Positions 29,427 through 39,299 of a DNA stretch of 64,000 nucleotides are shown in pieces. The first letter of the stretch is position 1. Each line of letters begins with the position of its first letter. The translations under genes and the position numbers were made by a program. The stretch is from Candidatus Latescibacterota bacterium (lineage in GTDB: Bacteria; Latescibacterota; UBA2968; UBA8231): contig OZ242318.1 in the NCBI GenBank assembly GCA_965208105.1, positions 3,264,001 through 3,328,000 on the forward strand, read 5' to 3'. The notes under the pieces are model-generated. The model was not told the DNA's origin. It did not search any database and was given only the letters and a program-made list of their open reading frames with translations.

Positions 29427-30791
29427 ATGATGATTCCTGCAGGTATTTTTCTGATGATGGTTCTCTACCCCCTGTCCCTCCCGGGAAAGCCCTTGACCCT
29501 GGAGGATTGCATTTCGCGCGCACTGAGGCAGAATGCGGATGTGCTCATTGCCGAGCAGGGGATGCGGCGCGCCGCGGCGGATGTAAAGGTTGCGCGTGCG
29601 GACCTGTTGCCGTCGATCAACACTACGCTGTTCGGCTACACGAGGGCAAGGACCGGTCCGTCCATTCGAATTCAGGAAAATCCCACCGGAGAGGTCGATC
29701 CGCAGAGTGGACGCCGGATCTTCAAGGAAGAGGAGACGAGGATTCCGGCGATAGACCGCAATTCCTTTTCCTTCAGTGCATCGATGTGGCAGAACGTCTA
29801 CGACGGGGGTTTGCGGCGTAATGCCTACAAGGCGGCTCGGCGGGATGAACGAAGATCGGAGTGGAACCACGAGGCGCGTCGGGCGGCGGTGAAGGCGGCG
29901 GTTAAACAGCACTATTTCAACGTGCTCAAGGCCATGGAGCTGGTGCAAGTCCAGGAAGAAAGTTTGAAGTTGAGCGAGAGGCGGCTCGAGGAGGCCAGGA
30001 CGCGGAAGGAAGTGGGTGCGGGGACACAGATGGATGTGCTCCGGTTGCAGGTCGCATTGGAGAATGCCCAGGCCCAGCTGATCAACGGGAAGCAAGGTCT
30101 CATCCTTGCCCGGGCGAACCTCAACCACATAATGGGAGAAAAGGTCACCGCTGAGCTGGAGATCGCGCCTCTGCAGGAAGAAAAATGGCGGAAACCGGAA
30201 ACGAGAGACGGCCTGGCCGCTTCTCTGGCAGAAGCCAGGGCGCATAATTCCTCCCTGCAGAGTCTGCGCGAATCCAGGGCTGCAGCCGAGTACAACCTGG
30301 CGACCGCCCGCGGCTCCCGCCATCCTCAACTGGCGGGAAGCGTCAGTTACAGTCGCAACAACGAGGTCTTTGACAGGGTCTACCAGGGCCTCGACCAGAA
30401 CTACCGCCTCAATTTCGGATTGTCCTTGACCTACGGACTGTTCGACTGGGGGATCAAGCTGGCCAACATAGATCGGGCGAGGGCTGCCCTCGAGACCGTC
30501 AGGATGGAAGTGGAGCAGCATGAGCGCGAGATCGAGCTCGCGGTCGAAACCGCCCACCTGGAGTTGGTGCGGCTGGACAAAATTCTGGAAATCGCCTCCC
30601 GTACGGTCGAACTGGCCCAGGAAGATCTGCGCCTGGCTGAAGAGCGCTACCAGGTGGGCAAGGCCCGTCTCCTGGAGGTGCTCGATGCCCAGGTGGGTTT
30701 CATCGAAGCGCGCAGCAATCTGGTGAGCAGCCGCTACGACCTGAAGAGCGTCGAGGCGGACCTGGAGCGTCTGTTGGGGGGCAGCCAGTAG
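29427..30791 (+). CDS. TolC-family outer membrane efflux protein
   Basis: LTLEDCISRAL, duplicated repeat ending ERYQVG..LEVLDAQ; last gene of the RND operon. Confidence 0.9.
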   Translation: MMIPAGIFLMMVLYPLSLPGKPLTLEDCISRALRQNADVLIAEQGMRRAAADVKVARADLLPSINTTLFGYTRARTGPSIRIQENPTGEVDPQSGRRIFKEEETRIPAIDRNSFSFSASMWQNVYDGGLRRNAYKAARRDERRSEWNHEARRAAVKAAVKQHYFNVLKAMELVQVQEESLKLSERRLEEARTRKEVGAGTQMDVLRLQVALENAQAQLINGKQGLILARANLNHIMGEKVTAELEIAPLQEEKWRKPETRDGLAASLAEARAHNSSLQSLRESRAAAEYNLATARGSRHPQLAGSVSYSRNNEVFDRVYQGLDQNYRLNFGLSLTYGLFDWGIKLANIDRARAALETVRMEVEQHEREIELAVETAHLELVRLDKILEIASRTVELAQEDLRLAEERYQVGKARLLEVLDAQVGFIEARSNLVSSRYDLKSVEADLERLLGGSQ

Positions 30792-30860
30792 AAGCGCAAT
30801 GGACATGCTGACGACTTGTCTCTCCCTCGCTTGACGAATGTGATCAACGGAGAATAGGAA

Positions 30861-32114
30861 ATGGAAATCTTGGGCGGCCCATTATTTGGAGTGGCCGGCG
30901 CCGGGGAATCTCATGGGCCTGCAATTACAACCATCGTTTTTGGTTGTCCGCCCGGCCTCAAGGTGGCGCGGTCCATGGTTCAGCGCTATCTGGATAGACG
31001 CAGGCCTGGCGGCAACAGGCTCGGAACCCCCCGCCGCGAGGATGATACGGTTGTCCTGTTGTCGGGCTTGTACTCGGAGGATCACGGCGCCCTGATTGCC
31101 GGTCCCCGGATTCAGATCGGCATGGAGAACAGGCCGCAGGGTGCAACCTCCTACGAGGAGGGGTATACGACGGGAGAGCCCATTGCTGCAGTGGTGCTCA
31201 CCGCAGCCAAGCGCTCCGGCGATTATCTCCAATTTGCCGGTGCCCGGGGCGAGGTTCGCCCCGGGCATACGGATTTGGTGAAGCACTACAAGTCGGGGGG
31301 ATTCACCGATGATCGCGGCGGGGGACGCTCCAGCTACCGATCGACCATTTCCGATGTGGTCGGCGGCTCGATTGCCCGTACTTTTTTGCAGGAGAACTTC
31401 GGCACGGCCATACTTTCTTCCATTTGCCAGGTGGGCCCCTTGCAGGCTGACCGCTCTCTGGCCGACCACGTGGAGCGACTCTCAATGGAATCGGAGAGCC
31501 GCGGGCTGTCCACGGACCAGATAGAACAGATCGAGGCCCGGTTGGAAAGCGCCGAAATCCATGCGCTGGACCCGGATTTTTCTCGTGAGGCCAGCTCCTT
31601 GATCCAGGCAACCCGCAAGGATGGCGACTCCCTGGGCGCTGCCATAGAAGTGGTTGCGGTGCAGGTCCCTCCCCTGGTTGGGGAGCCCCTCTATCAGGGA
31701 TTGAAGCTGCGGCTCATGGGAGCCTTGGGAGGGCTGCACGCGGTGCAGTCGTGCGAGGTCGGGGCGGGTGGGGAGGTCGCTGGCCGCAAAGGCAGTCAGA
31801 ACAACGATCCGATTCGCCGTAGCGGATACAGAAGCAACCATCACGGCGGCTTGTTGGGAGGCATCACCACGGGGATGCCGTTGGTCTGCCGGGTGAGATT
31901 CAAGCCTACTTCAACAATTGCCCTGCCCCAGGATTCCGTGCGCAAGGATTTCGAAGAGATCGAGTTCACCTTGAAGAAGGGAAGGCACGATCCGTGCGTG
32001 GGGGTGCGCGCCGGGGTCACCCTGGAGTCGCGCCTTGCGATCGAGCTGATGAATGCGGTTCTGATGCACCAGGGGCAACGAGTCGACCCGAAGAATTTCA
32101 AGCTGTTTCCCTGA
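30861..32114 (+). CDS. aroC: Chorismate synthase
   Basis: GESHG, RRRPG, RPGHTD, GGGRSSYR, GGITTG, FKPTSTI, GRHDPC. Confidence 0.93.
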   Translation: MEILGGPLFGVAGAGESHGPAITTIVFGCPPGLKVARSMVQRYLDRRRPGGNRLGTPRREDDTVVLLSGLYSEDHGALIAGPRIQIGMENRPQGATSYEEGYTTGEPIAAVVLTAAKRSGDYLQFAGARGEVRPGHTDLVKHYKSGGFTDDRGGGRSSYRSTISDVVGGSIARTFLQENFGTAILSSICQVGPLQADRSLADHVERLSMESESRGLSTDQIEQIEARLESAEIHALDPDFSREASSLIQATRKDGDSLGAAIEVVAVQVPPLVGEPLYQGLKLRLMGALGGLHAVQSCEVGAGGEVAGRKGSQNNDPIRRSGYRSNHHGGLLGGITTGMPLVCRVRFKPTSTIALPQDSVRKDFEEIEFTLKKGRHDPCVGVRAGVTLESRLAIELMNAVLMHQGQRVDPKNFKLFP

Positions 32115-32129
32115 AGGAATGCCAGGAAG

Positions 32130-34832
32130 ATGATACAGACTTACGAGTTCGAGGAAGCGGGCAGGCTGCCCATGCCTGGAGACAATGTAGCCATTGCTGC
32201 GCGCAGACTGGAGAGGGGTGCAACGGTTCGCTACAGGGGCAGATTGCTGCGGATGGATTGCACTGTAATGGAAGGCCATCGCTTTGCGGTTCGACCGATC
32301 GCCGCCGGCGAATTCCTGCTGTCGTGGGAGCTTCCCTTCGGCCGGGCCGTATGCGATATAGAGCCGGGGACCTATGTCCGCAACGGGGAGATCCTGGAGG
32401 CTATGAGCCTGCGCAGACTCGATGTCGAGATGCCCGAAAAACCTAACTTCGAGGACTGTTTAGAGCCTTATCACCTGGACGAAGAGGGGTTTCTCCCTGG
32501 CCGACAGGTTGATCGCTACGTCGAGAAGCGGACCTTCCTCGGGTACGGGCGAGATGGTGGACGCGGCGTGGGAACGCGCAACTACATCGTGGTTTTGGGT
32601 ACCAGTTCTCGGACATCCGGTTATGCCCGGGTCCTGGCCGAGCGCTTGCGAGGTGAAGCTGATGCCCATCCCGGAATCGACGGCGTGGTGGCCGTGGCCC
32701 ATACGGAAGGCGGTGAGAACGCGGAGCCTAACAACAAGGAACTCCTCCTGCGAACACTGGCCGGCTTCGTGGTCCATCCCAATGTGGCAGCAGTACTGGC
32801 TGTGGATTACGGCGCTGAGGCAATCACCAACAAGGTCCTGCGCGACTATATGGCGAGTCAAGGCTATCCCCTGGACCACGTGCCGCATCATTTCATGACT
32901 CTGAGAGGTGGGATTCAGGCATTCCTGGAGGAGGGCGAAAGGCGTATCCGGGAATGGCTGGATCAGGCAGGCCGGATTGAACGCCGCGAGCATTCTCTGG
33001 ACCATCTCAAGATCGCCCTTCAATGCGGAGGATCGGATGCCTTCTCGGGAATCTCGGGGAATCCACTCGTCGCCAGGTTGGCGCGGGAGCTCATCCGCTA
33101 CGGTGGCGCGGCCAATCTGGCAGAGACCGATGAGTTGATCGGCGCCGAGTCCTACGTCCTGCAGAATGTCAGAAACCTGGCGACCGCCCGGAAATTTTTG
33201 AAGTTTATGGAGCATTTCAAGGATTGGTCCGCCTGGCACGGCAATTCGGCCGACGCCAATCCATCAGGGGGAAACAAGCTGAGGGGGATCTACAACATCG
33301 TGCTCAAGTCCATCGGCGCCGCCAGGAAGCGGGACCCGGATGTGCGCCTGGACTATGCCATCGACTACGGGGAGACCATGCATGAACCGGGTTACTATTT
33401 TATGAACAGCCCGGGAAATGACCTGGAAAGCATTGCCGGACAGGTGGCATCGGGGAGCAATCTGATCTTTTTCGTGACAGGAAATGGATCCATTACAAAC
33501 TTCCCCTTCGTACCGACCATCAAGGTCATAACCACTACCAGGCGCTACGAGCTCCTGTCAAAGGAAATGGACCTCAATGCCGGTCAGTACCTGGAGGGCG
33601 CCCAGATGGACGAACTCGCCCTCAGCGCATTCGAACACATGGTGGAGATTGCCTCCGGGGCGCGTTCCATGGGGGAAAAAGCCGGCCATTCTCAAGTTCA
33701 GATCTGGCGCAACTGGCGACAGCGGGACGGCAGCAAACTGGATACATTGCTGGAAGCCGGGTTGCCCCGCAACGAGCCACTGGGAATCCAAAAGGAGGAT
33801 GCTGCCGCGACCTGGACCATGAAGGCAGTCCGCAACGGCAGCGGGCAATCCGGTGACCAGCTCGGTCTCGTGGTTCCTACCAGTTTGTGCTCGGGTCAAA
33901 TTGCCCGCATCTGTGCAGACCGTCTCAATGCCAAAGGACTTGGCCGCGAGCAGGGAATCTCGCGCTTTGCCGCCCTCGTTCACACCGAGGGCTGCGGTGC
34001 GTCGGCAGGGTCCAACGAGCAAATCTATATTCGCACCCTTCTTGGCTACCTTACCCACCCCCTGGTCAGATGCGCAGTCCTATTGGAGCACGGATGTGAG
34101 AAAACCCACAACGATTATATATGGAATAAGCTCGAGGAAGAGGGAATCGATCCTCGCGGTTTTGGCTGGGCTAGCGTGCAAATGAATGGGGGGCTGGAAA
34201 ATGCGGTGGAAAAGGTCGAGGAATTTTTCACACAGGCAATTTCAACCTCCGGCCCTGCGGAATATTCAGAAACGGGGTTGGAAGGTCTGCATTTGGGGCT
34301 GCTGAACTCGGGGCCGATTTCGGCGGATGCGGCACAGAGCATGGCTCGCCTGACGAAACAGGTGGTGGGGGCTGGAGGCAGGGTAGTAGTTCCCGAGAAC
34401 GCCGGCTTGCTGGAGGCTGCGGCCTTTAAAGAGGAGGTCCTCATTGATCCTGACGGGAAAGCTTCCCTGGCCTATGGTCACCGGGCGCCGAGATCCGGAT
34501 TTTACATAATGGAAGCGCCCTCCGGCCACTGGGTGGAGACGCTTACCGGCCTGGGGGCCACAGGAGTGGGGATGATACTGGCCCACGTGGGAGAGCATCC
34601 CGTGCAGGGACATCCCCTGGTGCCGATGGTCCAGGTCGCCTCGGAAGGGAGAATTCGGGGACTTTACGGTGAGGATGTGGACCTTGAGCTGGAAGGTCCG
34701 GTGGACCAGTTGGTAGGGCAGTTATTGGAACTGCTGGCAGCGGTGGGATCGCGAAGATATGTGCCCAAGGCAGTGACCCAGGGGAATATGGACTTCCAAC
34801 TCACGAGGGGACTGCTGGGGACTTCGGCCTAG
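32130..34832 (+). CDS. UxaA/GarD-family sugar-acid dehydratase with internal duplication
   Basis: SAF domain (GDNVAIA, GHRFA), GVGTRNY, HTEGG, QCGGSDAFSGISGNP, NPSGGNK, FVTGNGS. Confidence 0.88.
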   Translation: MIQTYEFEEAGRLPMPGDNVAIAARRLERGATVRYRGRLLRMDCTVMEGHRFAVRPIAAGEFLLSWELPFGRAVCDIEPGTYVRNGEILEAMSLRRLDVEMPEKPNFEDCLEPYHLDEEGFLPGRQVDRYVEKRTFLGYGRDGGRGVGTRNYIVVLGTSSRTSGYARVLAERLRGEADAHPGIDGVVAVAHTEGGENAEPNNKELLLRTLAGFVVHPNVAAVLAVDYGAEAITNKVLRDYMASQGYPLDHVPHHFMTLRGGIQAFLEEGERRIREWLDQAGRIERREHSLDHLKIALQCGGSDAFSGISGNPLVARLARELIRYGGAANLAETDELIGAESYVLQNVRNLATARKFLKFMEHFKDWSAWHGNSADANPSGGNKLRGIYNIVLKSIGAARKRDPDVRLDYAIDYGETMHEPGYYFMNSPGNDLESIAGQVASGSNLIFFVTGNGSITNFPFVPTIKVITTTRRYELLSKEMDLNAGQYLEGAQMDELALSAFEHMVEIASGARSMGEKAGHSQVQIWRNWRQRDGSKLDTLLEAGLPRNEPLGIQKEDAAATWTMKAVRNGSGQSGDQLGLVVPTSLCSGQIARICADRLNAKGLGREQGISRFAALVHTEGCGASAGSNEQIYIRTLLGYLTHPLVRCAVLLEHGCEKTHNDYIWNKLEEEGIDPRGFGWASVQMNGGLENAVEKVEEFFTQAISTSGPAEYSETGLEGLHLGLLNSGPISADAAQSMARLTKQVVGAGGRVVVPENAGLLEAAAFKEEVLIDPDGKASLAYGHRAPRSGFYIMEAPSGHWVETLTGLGATGVGMILAHVGEHPVQGHPLVPMVQVASEGRIRGLYGEDVDLELEGPVDQLVGQLLELLAAVGSRRYVPKAVTQGNMDFQLTRGLLGTSA

Positions 34833-34996
34833 TGTCCCGTCGCAGAGATAGGTTGACGAAATTGGGCCGCCGAGGCGCCCGGCTCACCAGGCGCCTGAGC
34901 GAGTCGTACCAGTGGTGTACGGCGAGTGAAGGCAACGCCGTGAGCCGGGATGGACCGGCGGAATAATGGCGACATATCTCTGCGACGGGATACTAG
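34829..34996 (+). mobile_element. MITE-like element type A (168 bp)
   Basis: 22-bp TIRs, 21/22: CTAGTGTCCCGTCGCAGAGATA...TATCTCTGCGACGGGATACTAG; the left CTAG contains the stop of the UxaA-like gene. Confidence 0.92.
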
Positions 34997-35012
34997 TGCC
35001 TGTCACGGGCTG

Positions 35013-36095
35013 CTAGGCTGCGTGCTTCTCCATTAGTTCCGTAAAATATTGGAAGAGATGGAAGCTGTCGTGCGGGCCGGGCGAGGCCTCCGGGTGACAC
35101 TGAATGGAAAAAATGGGCAACTCCTTGTGGTGCATCCCCTCGACGCAACCATCGTTGAGGTTGACCCGGGTGATCTCCATATAATCCGGCAGGGATTTCC
35201 CCTCGATTCCCCAGCCGTGATTCTCGGAGGTGATCAAAATGCGGTCGGTGGTTTTTTCCATAATCGGCTGGTTGGCGCCCCGGTGGCCGAATTTAAGGTG
35301 GAAGATCGTCCCTCCACAGGCCAATCCAAGGATCTCATGTCCCAGGCATATGCCGAAAATGGGTTTTTTGCCCATGAGTTGCCTGCAGGTCTCGATGGCG
35401 TAGTGCAGTGGACGGGGGTCGCCTGGTCCATTGGACAGGAAGATGCCATCTGGTTCCAAAGCCAGTGCATCCGAGGCCGTTGTGGTGGCCGGTACAACAG
35501 TCACCTTACAACCGGCTTCCACGAGTTTAATGATGATGTTGCGTTTGATTCCATAATCAAAGGCAACCACGTGGAAGCGCGGATTGGCGGGACCTTGCAC
35601 ATACGGTTGGGAGCATGTCACTTCTCGCACGAGATCAATACCTTCAAGACCCTTCCAGGTCCGGGCTTTGGCGACCAGGCTATCCGGGTCCAGATCCTCG
35701 GTTGAGATTGCGGCGTTCATAACCCCGTGGATGCGCACGCGCCGGGTCAGTTGGCGAGTGTCGACACCTTCAATTCCCAGGATGCCTTGTTCTTCGAGGT
35801 AGGCCGGTAAATCCTGGGTCGAGCGCCAGTTGCTTGGCCTCCGACAGCACTCTTTAACTATGAATCCCCTGACATGTGGACGGCTCGACTCCTGATCGTC
35901 CGGATTGATCCCGTAATTGCCGATTAGAGGGTAGGTCATGGCGATGATTTGGCCGGCGTAGGAGGGATCGGTGAGGATTTCCTGATAGCCGGTCATGCTG
36001 GTATTGAAGACCATTTCCCCCAGTTCCTCACCGGAGGCGGCGAATGCGCGGCCTTCAAATACGGTGCCATCGGCGAGGGCGAGCAGGGCTTTCAT
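35013..36095 (-). CDS. carA: Carbamoyl-phosphate synthase small subunit
   Basis: FNTSMTGYQEILTDPSY, SNGPGDP, GICLGH, HPEASPGPHD. Confidence 0.97.
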   Translation of the reverse strand: MKALLALADGTVFEGRAFAASGEELGEMVFNTSMTGYQEILTDPSYAGQIIAMTYPLIGNYGINPDDQESSRPHVRGFIVKECCRRPSNWRSTQDLPAYLEEQGILGIEGVDTRQLTRRVRIHGVMNAAISTEDLDPDSLVAKARTWKGLEGIDLVREVTCSQPYVQGPANPRFHVVAFDYGIKRNIIIKLVEAGCKVTVVPATTTASDALALEPDGIFLSNGPGDPRPLHYAIETCRQLMGKKPIFGICLGHEILGLACGGTIFHLKFGHRGANQPIMEKTTDRILITSENHGWGIEGKSLPDYMEITRVNLNDGCVEGMHHKELPIFSIQCHPEASPGPHDSFHLFQYFTELMEKHAA

Positions 36096-36235
36096 CCGGC
36101 GAAGGCGCTCCTTTTAGCGGCGACGCGGAACGAACCGCACAGTGGTTTGAGGTTTGTTTTAATCAGCAGGAGTGGTCTGTTTCTGGCGCTGGAACGACCG
36201 GTTGAATATAGGAAGTACTCCGGCTTGTGGACAGG

Positions 36236-37273
36236 CTACTGGTTGGGAGGAAATATGCGACGCTGGCGCCGCCGGGCGCGCTCCTGCATGTCTACGTCGG
36301 GATCGAATTCACCCACAATTTGGGCGCCTACAATCTCCTCGAGTACGTCCTCCAGGGTGACGATGCCGGAAAAGACTCCATACTCGTCGACGACTGTGAA
36401 GAGGTGTACGCGCCGTTGGAGGAATTCTTTCAGCAACTGGTCGACGCGGACCAGCTCGGGCACTGGATGAACCGGTCGTTCCAAATCCGCGAGTCTGGCA
36501 TGGTCGCGGCCGTCTACCAATGCATTGAAAACATCCCTGCGCATGACCAGGCTGACGATCTGGTCTTTGTCCTTGTCGTACAGGGGAACGCGGCTGTGAG
36601 CCCAGCCACCTGCCTGCTGCCGCGCTTCAACCAGGTTCAGGTTGCGGTCGAGGGAAAGGACTACCGTGCGTGGGGTCATGATGTCGCGAGCGCGCAGGGA
36701 GTGGAGGTTGAGAATGTTCCTGATTACCCGCTCCTGGTCCGGGGCAATAGCCCCCGACCTTCTTCCCATGCGGGCTATGACCTCAATTTCTTCCGCGGAG
36801 ATTTTTGGGGCAGCTTCGGCGCTCCTGGTGATGATGCGAGTAAGAAATTGATTGAGCCAGATGAAGGGAGTGAAAAGCCAAACAAGCCACTGAATGGGAT
36901 AGGCGATGAGGGTTGCCAGGGAGCGGGCGTAGAGGACCCCGGCCGTTTTGGGGATGATTTCTGAAAATACGAGTACGGAAAGGGCGAGAGCGCCGGTAAA
37001 ATAAACTTCGTTGCTCCTGCCGAAGACTCCTGCAAAGGCAGCACCGGCGATGGCGGCGCCCCCGGTATTGGCGAGGGTGTTGAGCGAAAGAATGGCCGAA
37101 ATCGGGCGCTGGATATCGGCGTGGAGGGTCTTCAGGATTTTTCCAGAAGGACGGCCCTGATGGGCAAGGGTCTCGATCTGGCTGGGGGACAAGGAGTATA
37201 GCGCTGCTTCCAGGAGCGAGCAGATACAGGATACGAGAAGAACCGTAGCTATAGCCAGGATCAGTGCGGTCAT
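36236..37273 (-). CDS. CNNM/DUF21-CBS domain membrane protein (hemolysin/CorC-like)
   Basis: CSLLEAAL, ILSLNTLANT, FSEIIPKT, DIMTPR, HSRVPLY, VVDEYG, TLEDVLEEIVG. Confidence 0.9.
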   Translation of the reverse strand: MTALILAIATVLLVSCICSLLEAALYSLSPSQIETLAHQGRPSGKILKTLHADIQRPISAILSLNTLANTGGAAIAGAAFAGVFGRSNEVYFTGALALSVLVFSEIIPKTAGVLYARSLATLIAYPIQWLVWLFTPFIWLNQFLTRIITRSAEAAPKISAEEIEVIARMGRRSGAIAPDQERVIRNILNLHSLRARDIMTPRTVVLSLDRNLNLVEARQQAGGWAHSRVPLYDKDKDQIVSLVMRRDVFNALVDGRDHARLADLERPVHPVPELVRVDQLLKEFLQRRVHLFTVVDEYGVFSGIVTLEDVLEEIVGAQIVGEFDPDVDMQERARRRQRRIFPPNQ

Positions 37274-37293
37274 GGTGGAGGATGGCTGAATGT

Positions 37294-37330
37294 AAAAGAG
37301 AGAAGTCCCTCCCAGGGGACCTCTCTCTTC
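37294..37330 (-). terminator. Putative intrinsic terminator or attenuator
   Basis: Minus strand AAGAGAGAGGTCCC-CTGGGA-GGGACTTCTCTCTTTT: hairpin followed by a U-run, downstream of the SWIB gene. Confidence 0.45.
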
Positions 37331-37479
37331 CTTTAAAACGCTATGTTCAGGGAAAGTCCATCCGGGAGTTTTTCCAAGTCCACAATTCATCAAACCGGGG
37401 GAACGATGGATCCAGCTGCTTCTCGTTAACCCGGTACCCCAAAGGGACTTTCTTTTAAACTTTCAGCCGTATTGCTGCA

Positions 37480-38040
37480 TTATTGGAGATGTTTGTTGAC
37501 CAACTTGGTCATTTCGAACATGTTCACCTGCTTTTTCCCCTCGAAGACCTCCTTGAGCTTATCGTCGGCATTGATCATCCGTTTGTTCTGTGAGTCCTGC
37601 AGTTCATTCTTCTTGATATAAGCCCAGAGCCTTTTGACCACCTGAGTTCGAGGTAGACTTTTGCCGCCCACTATGGCCCCGAGGGCAGCATCGGGTTGTA
37701 GTGGCCTCATGAAGGAGGGGTTGGCCTTGCGCCTGGCCTTCTTCTTTGGGGCGGCTTTCTTCTTAGGAGCAGCTTTCTTCTTTGGGGCGGCTTTCTTCTT
37801 AGGAGCGGCCTTCTTCTTGGGCGCAGCTTTCTTCTTGGGGGCGGCCTTCTTCTTTGGCGCGGCCTTCTTCTTGGGCGCGGCTTTCTTCTTTGGGGCGGCC
37901 TTCTTCTTTGGAGCAGCCTTTTTCTTGGGCGCAGCCTTTTTCTTGGGCGTAGCCTTCTTCTTAGGCACGGCCTTCTTCTTTGCAGCAGCCTTTTTCTTGG
38001 GAGCGGCCTTCTTCTTTGGCGCGGCCTTCTTCTTAGCCAT
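37480..38040 (-). CDS. SWIB/MDM2-domain protein with histone H1-like Lys/Ala/Pro N-terminus
   Basis: 16 KKKAAP-type repeats, then PRTQVVKRLWAYIKKNELQD..NKRMINADDKL..MFEMTKLVNKHL; AGGAG RBS. Confidence 0.92.
   Translation of the reverse strand: MAKKKAAPKKKAAPKKKAAAKKKAVPKKKATPKKKAAPKKKAAPKKKAAPKKKAAPKKKAAPKKKAAPKKKAAPKKKAAPKKKAAPKKKAAPKKKAAPKKKARRKANPSFMRPLQPDAALGAIVGGKSLPRTQVVKRLWAYIKKNELQDSQNKRMINADDKLKEVFEGKKQVNMFEMTKLVNKHLQ
37747..38034 (-). repeat. 18-bp coding tandem repeat, 16 copies (KKKAAP)
   Basis: AAGAARAARGCNGCNCCN units with variable third codon positions. Confidence 0.95.
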
Positions 38041-38384
38041 GAGATTTCTCCTTGCTATGCGCGAGGAAGGAAAAGGTATTATTACTTCAAAAATAGCACG
38101 TTATGCAGGAGTTAGTCAAGCAAAATTGCAATTGTAATTACGAGGGCAAGAGAGAAGAAAAGCGCATCCTTTCCGCATCCCGATCCTTCGAGACAATGGA
38201 GAGTTCTGGCGAGCCTGATGACCCCGACAAGGAGTTGGTCTGACTGTTGGAACTTTGTCGTTTCCATGGAAAGATCATGGGCGATGATTCACTTCCACCC
38301 AGGGGCAGGAGATGATTGTATGTATCCGGAATAGGGCTGGTTTCTCCAGGGGGAATTGCGCTCGTTCCAACCTCACGAGAGAGT

Positions 38385-38413
38385 TTGACACCAGAGAATA
38401 AGTATTCTATTTT
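38385..38413 (+). promoter_or_regulatory. Putative sigma70 promoter of the proC-his operon
   Basis: TTGACA (38385-38390), 17 bp spacer, TATTTT (38408-38413). Confidence 0.55.
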
Positions 38414-38486
38414 AAGAGTACTTACAGCCAAATTTTAGCACCGGATTTTACAAGGTCAAAGGCCTTTTTCCTGCCCGAAGAAAATA

Positions 38487-39299
38487 ATGATCGAAAATTG
38501 CAAGATAGGGATCGTGGGGGTCGGAAATATGGGGGAAGCTCTGTTGGAAGGCCTCCTGGCCGCAGGGGGTGTTGCGGCGGAGCATATCACGGCCGTGGAC
38601 ATCCGCACCCGTCTCCTCCAACCCTTGCGCGAACGGGGAATCCGCACCAGCACCGAGATCGAGTCCGCGGTGTGCAATCAGGATATCGTGGTCCTGGGGG
38701 TAAAGCCACAGCAATCCGCCGCTGTATTGAATGATGTCAGGCAACATTTGAAGCGAGAACAGGTGCTCGTTTCGATGATGGCAGGAGTCAGCACGGCCTG
38801 CATTGAGGAGCAGGTCCGCACTCCTGTCGCCGTGGTTCGGGTTATGCCGCAGATTTTGGCTCGCCACCGAACAGCCGCATCCGGTATTTGCGCCGGAAGG
38901 CATGCAACAGACTCACAGTTGCAACTGGTTCAGGAACTCTTCGAGGAGGTGGGCAGCACGGTAGTGGTAGCGGAGGCGCAGATGGACGCGGTGACCGGAC
39001 TCTCCGGCAGCGGACCGGCATTTGTATGTACGGTCATCGAGGCTCTGGCCGATGGAGGCGTCCGCATGGGCTTGCAAAGGGACGTGGCACTGAAACTGAG
39101 TGCCCAGACCGTGCTCGGAGCCGCCCGCATGATTTGCGAAAGTGGAAAACATCCCGCCATTGTCAGGGACCAGGTCACTTCACCCGGAGGCACTACCATC
39201 GCCGCCCTGCACATGCTCGAGGAGAAGGGCCTGCGAGACGCCTTGATCAGCGCGGTGAAGGTGGCGGCGGACCGAGCCGCGGAGCTGAGTCAATCATGA
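38487..39299 (+). CDS. proC: Pyrroline-5-carboxylate reductase
   Basis: GVGNMG, GVKPQ, VTGLSGSGPAF, VTSPGGTT. Confidence 0.96.
   Translation: MIENCKIGIVGVGNMGEALLEGLLAAGGVAAEHITAVDIRTRLLQPLRERGIRTSTEIESAVCNQDIVVLGVKPQQSAAVLNDVRQHLKREQVLVSMMAGVSTACIEEQVRTPVAVVRVMPQILARHRTAASGICAGRHATDSQLQLVQELFEEVGSTVVVAEAQMDAVTGLSGSGPAFVCTVIEALADGGVRMGLQRDVALKLSAQTVLGAARMICESGKHPAIVRDQVTSPGGTTIAALHMLEEKGLRDALISAVKVAADRAAELSQS

Noticed and set aside
21586-30806. Long minus-strand ORFs (646, 490, 515 and 479 aa) opposite the RND operon
   Set aside because: No recognisable motifs; typical stop-poor antisense frames of high-GC genes.
37747-38034. Regular short repeats as a possible CRISPR array
   Set aside because: Contiguous 18-bp coding repeats with no spacers and no cas genes; fully explained by the KKKAAP peptide.
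37661-38137. Plus-strand ORF with FFLGAA repeats
   Set aside because: Antisense shadow of the lysine-rich SWIB gene.
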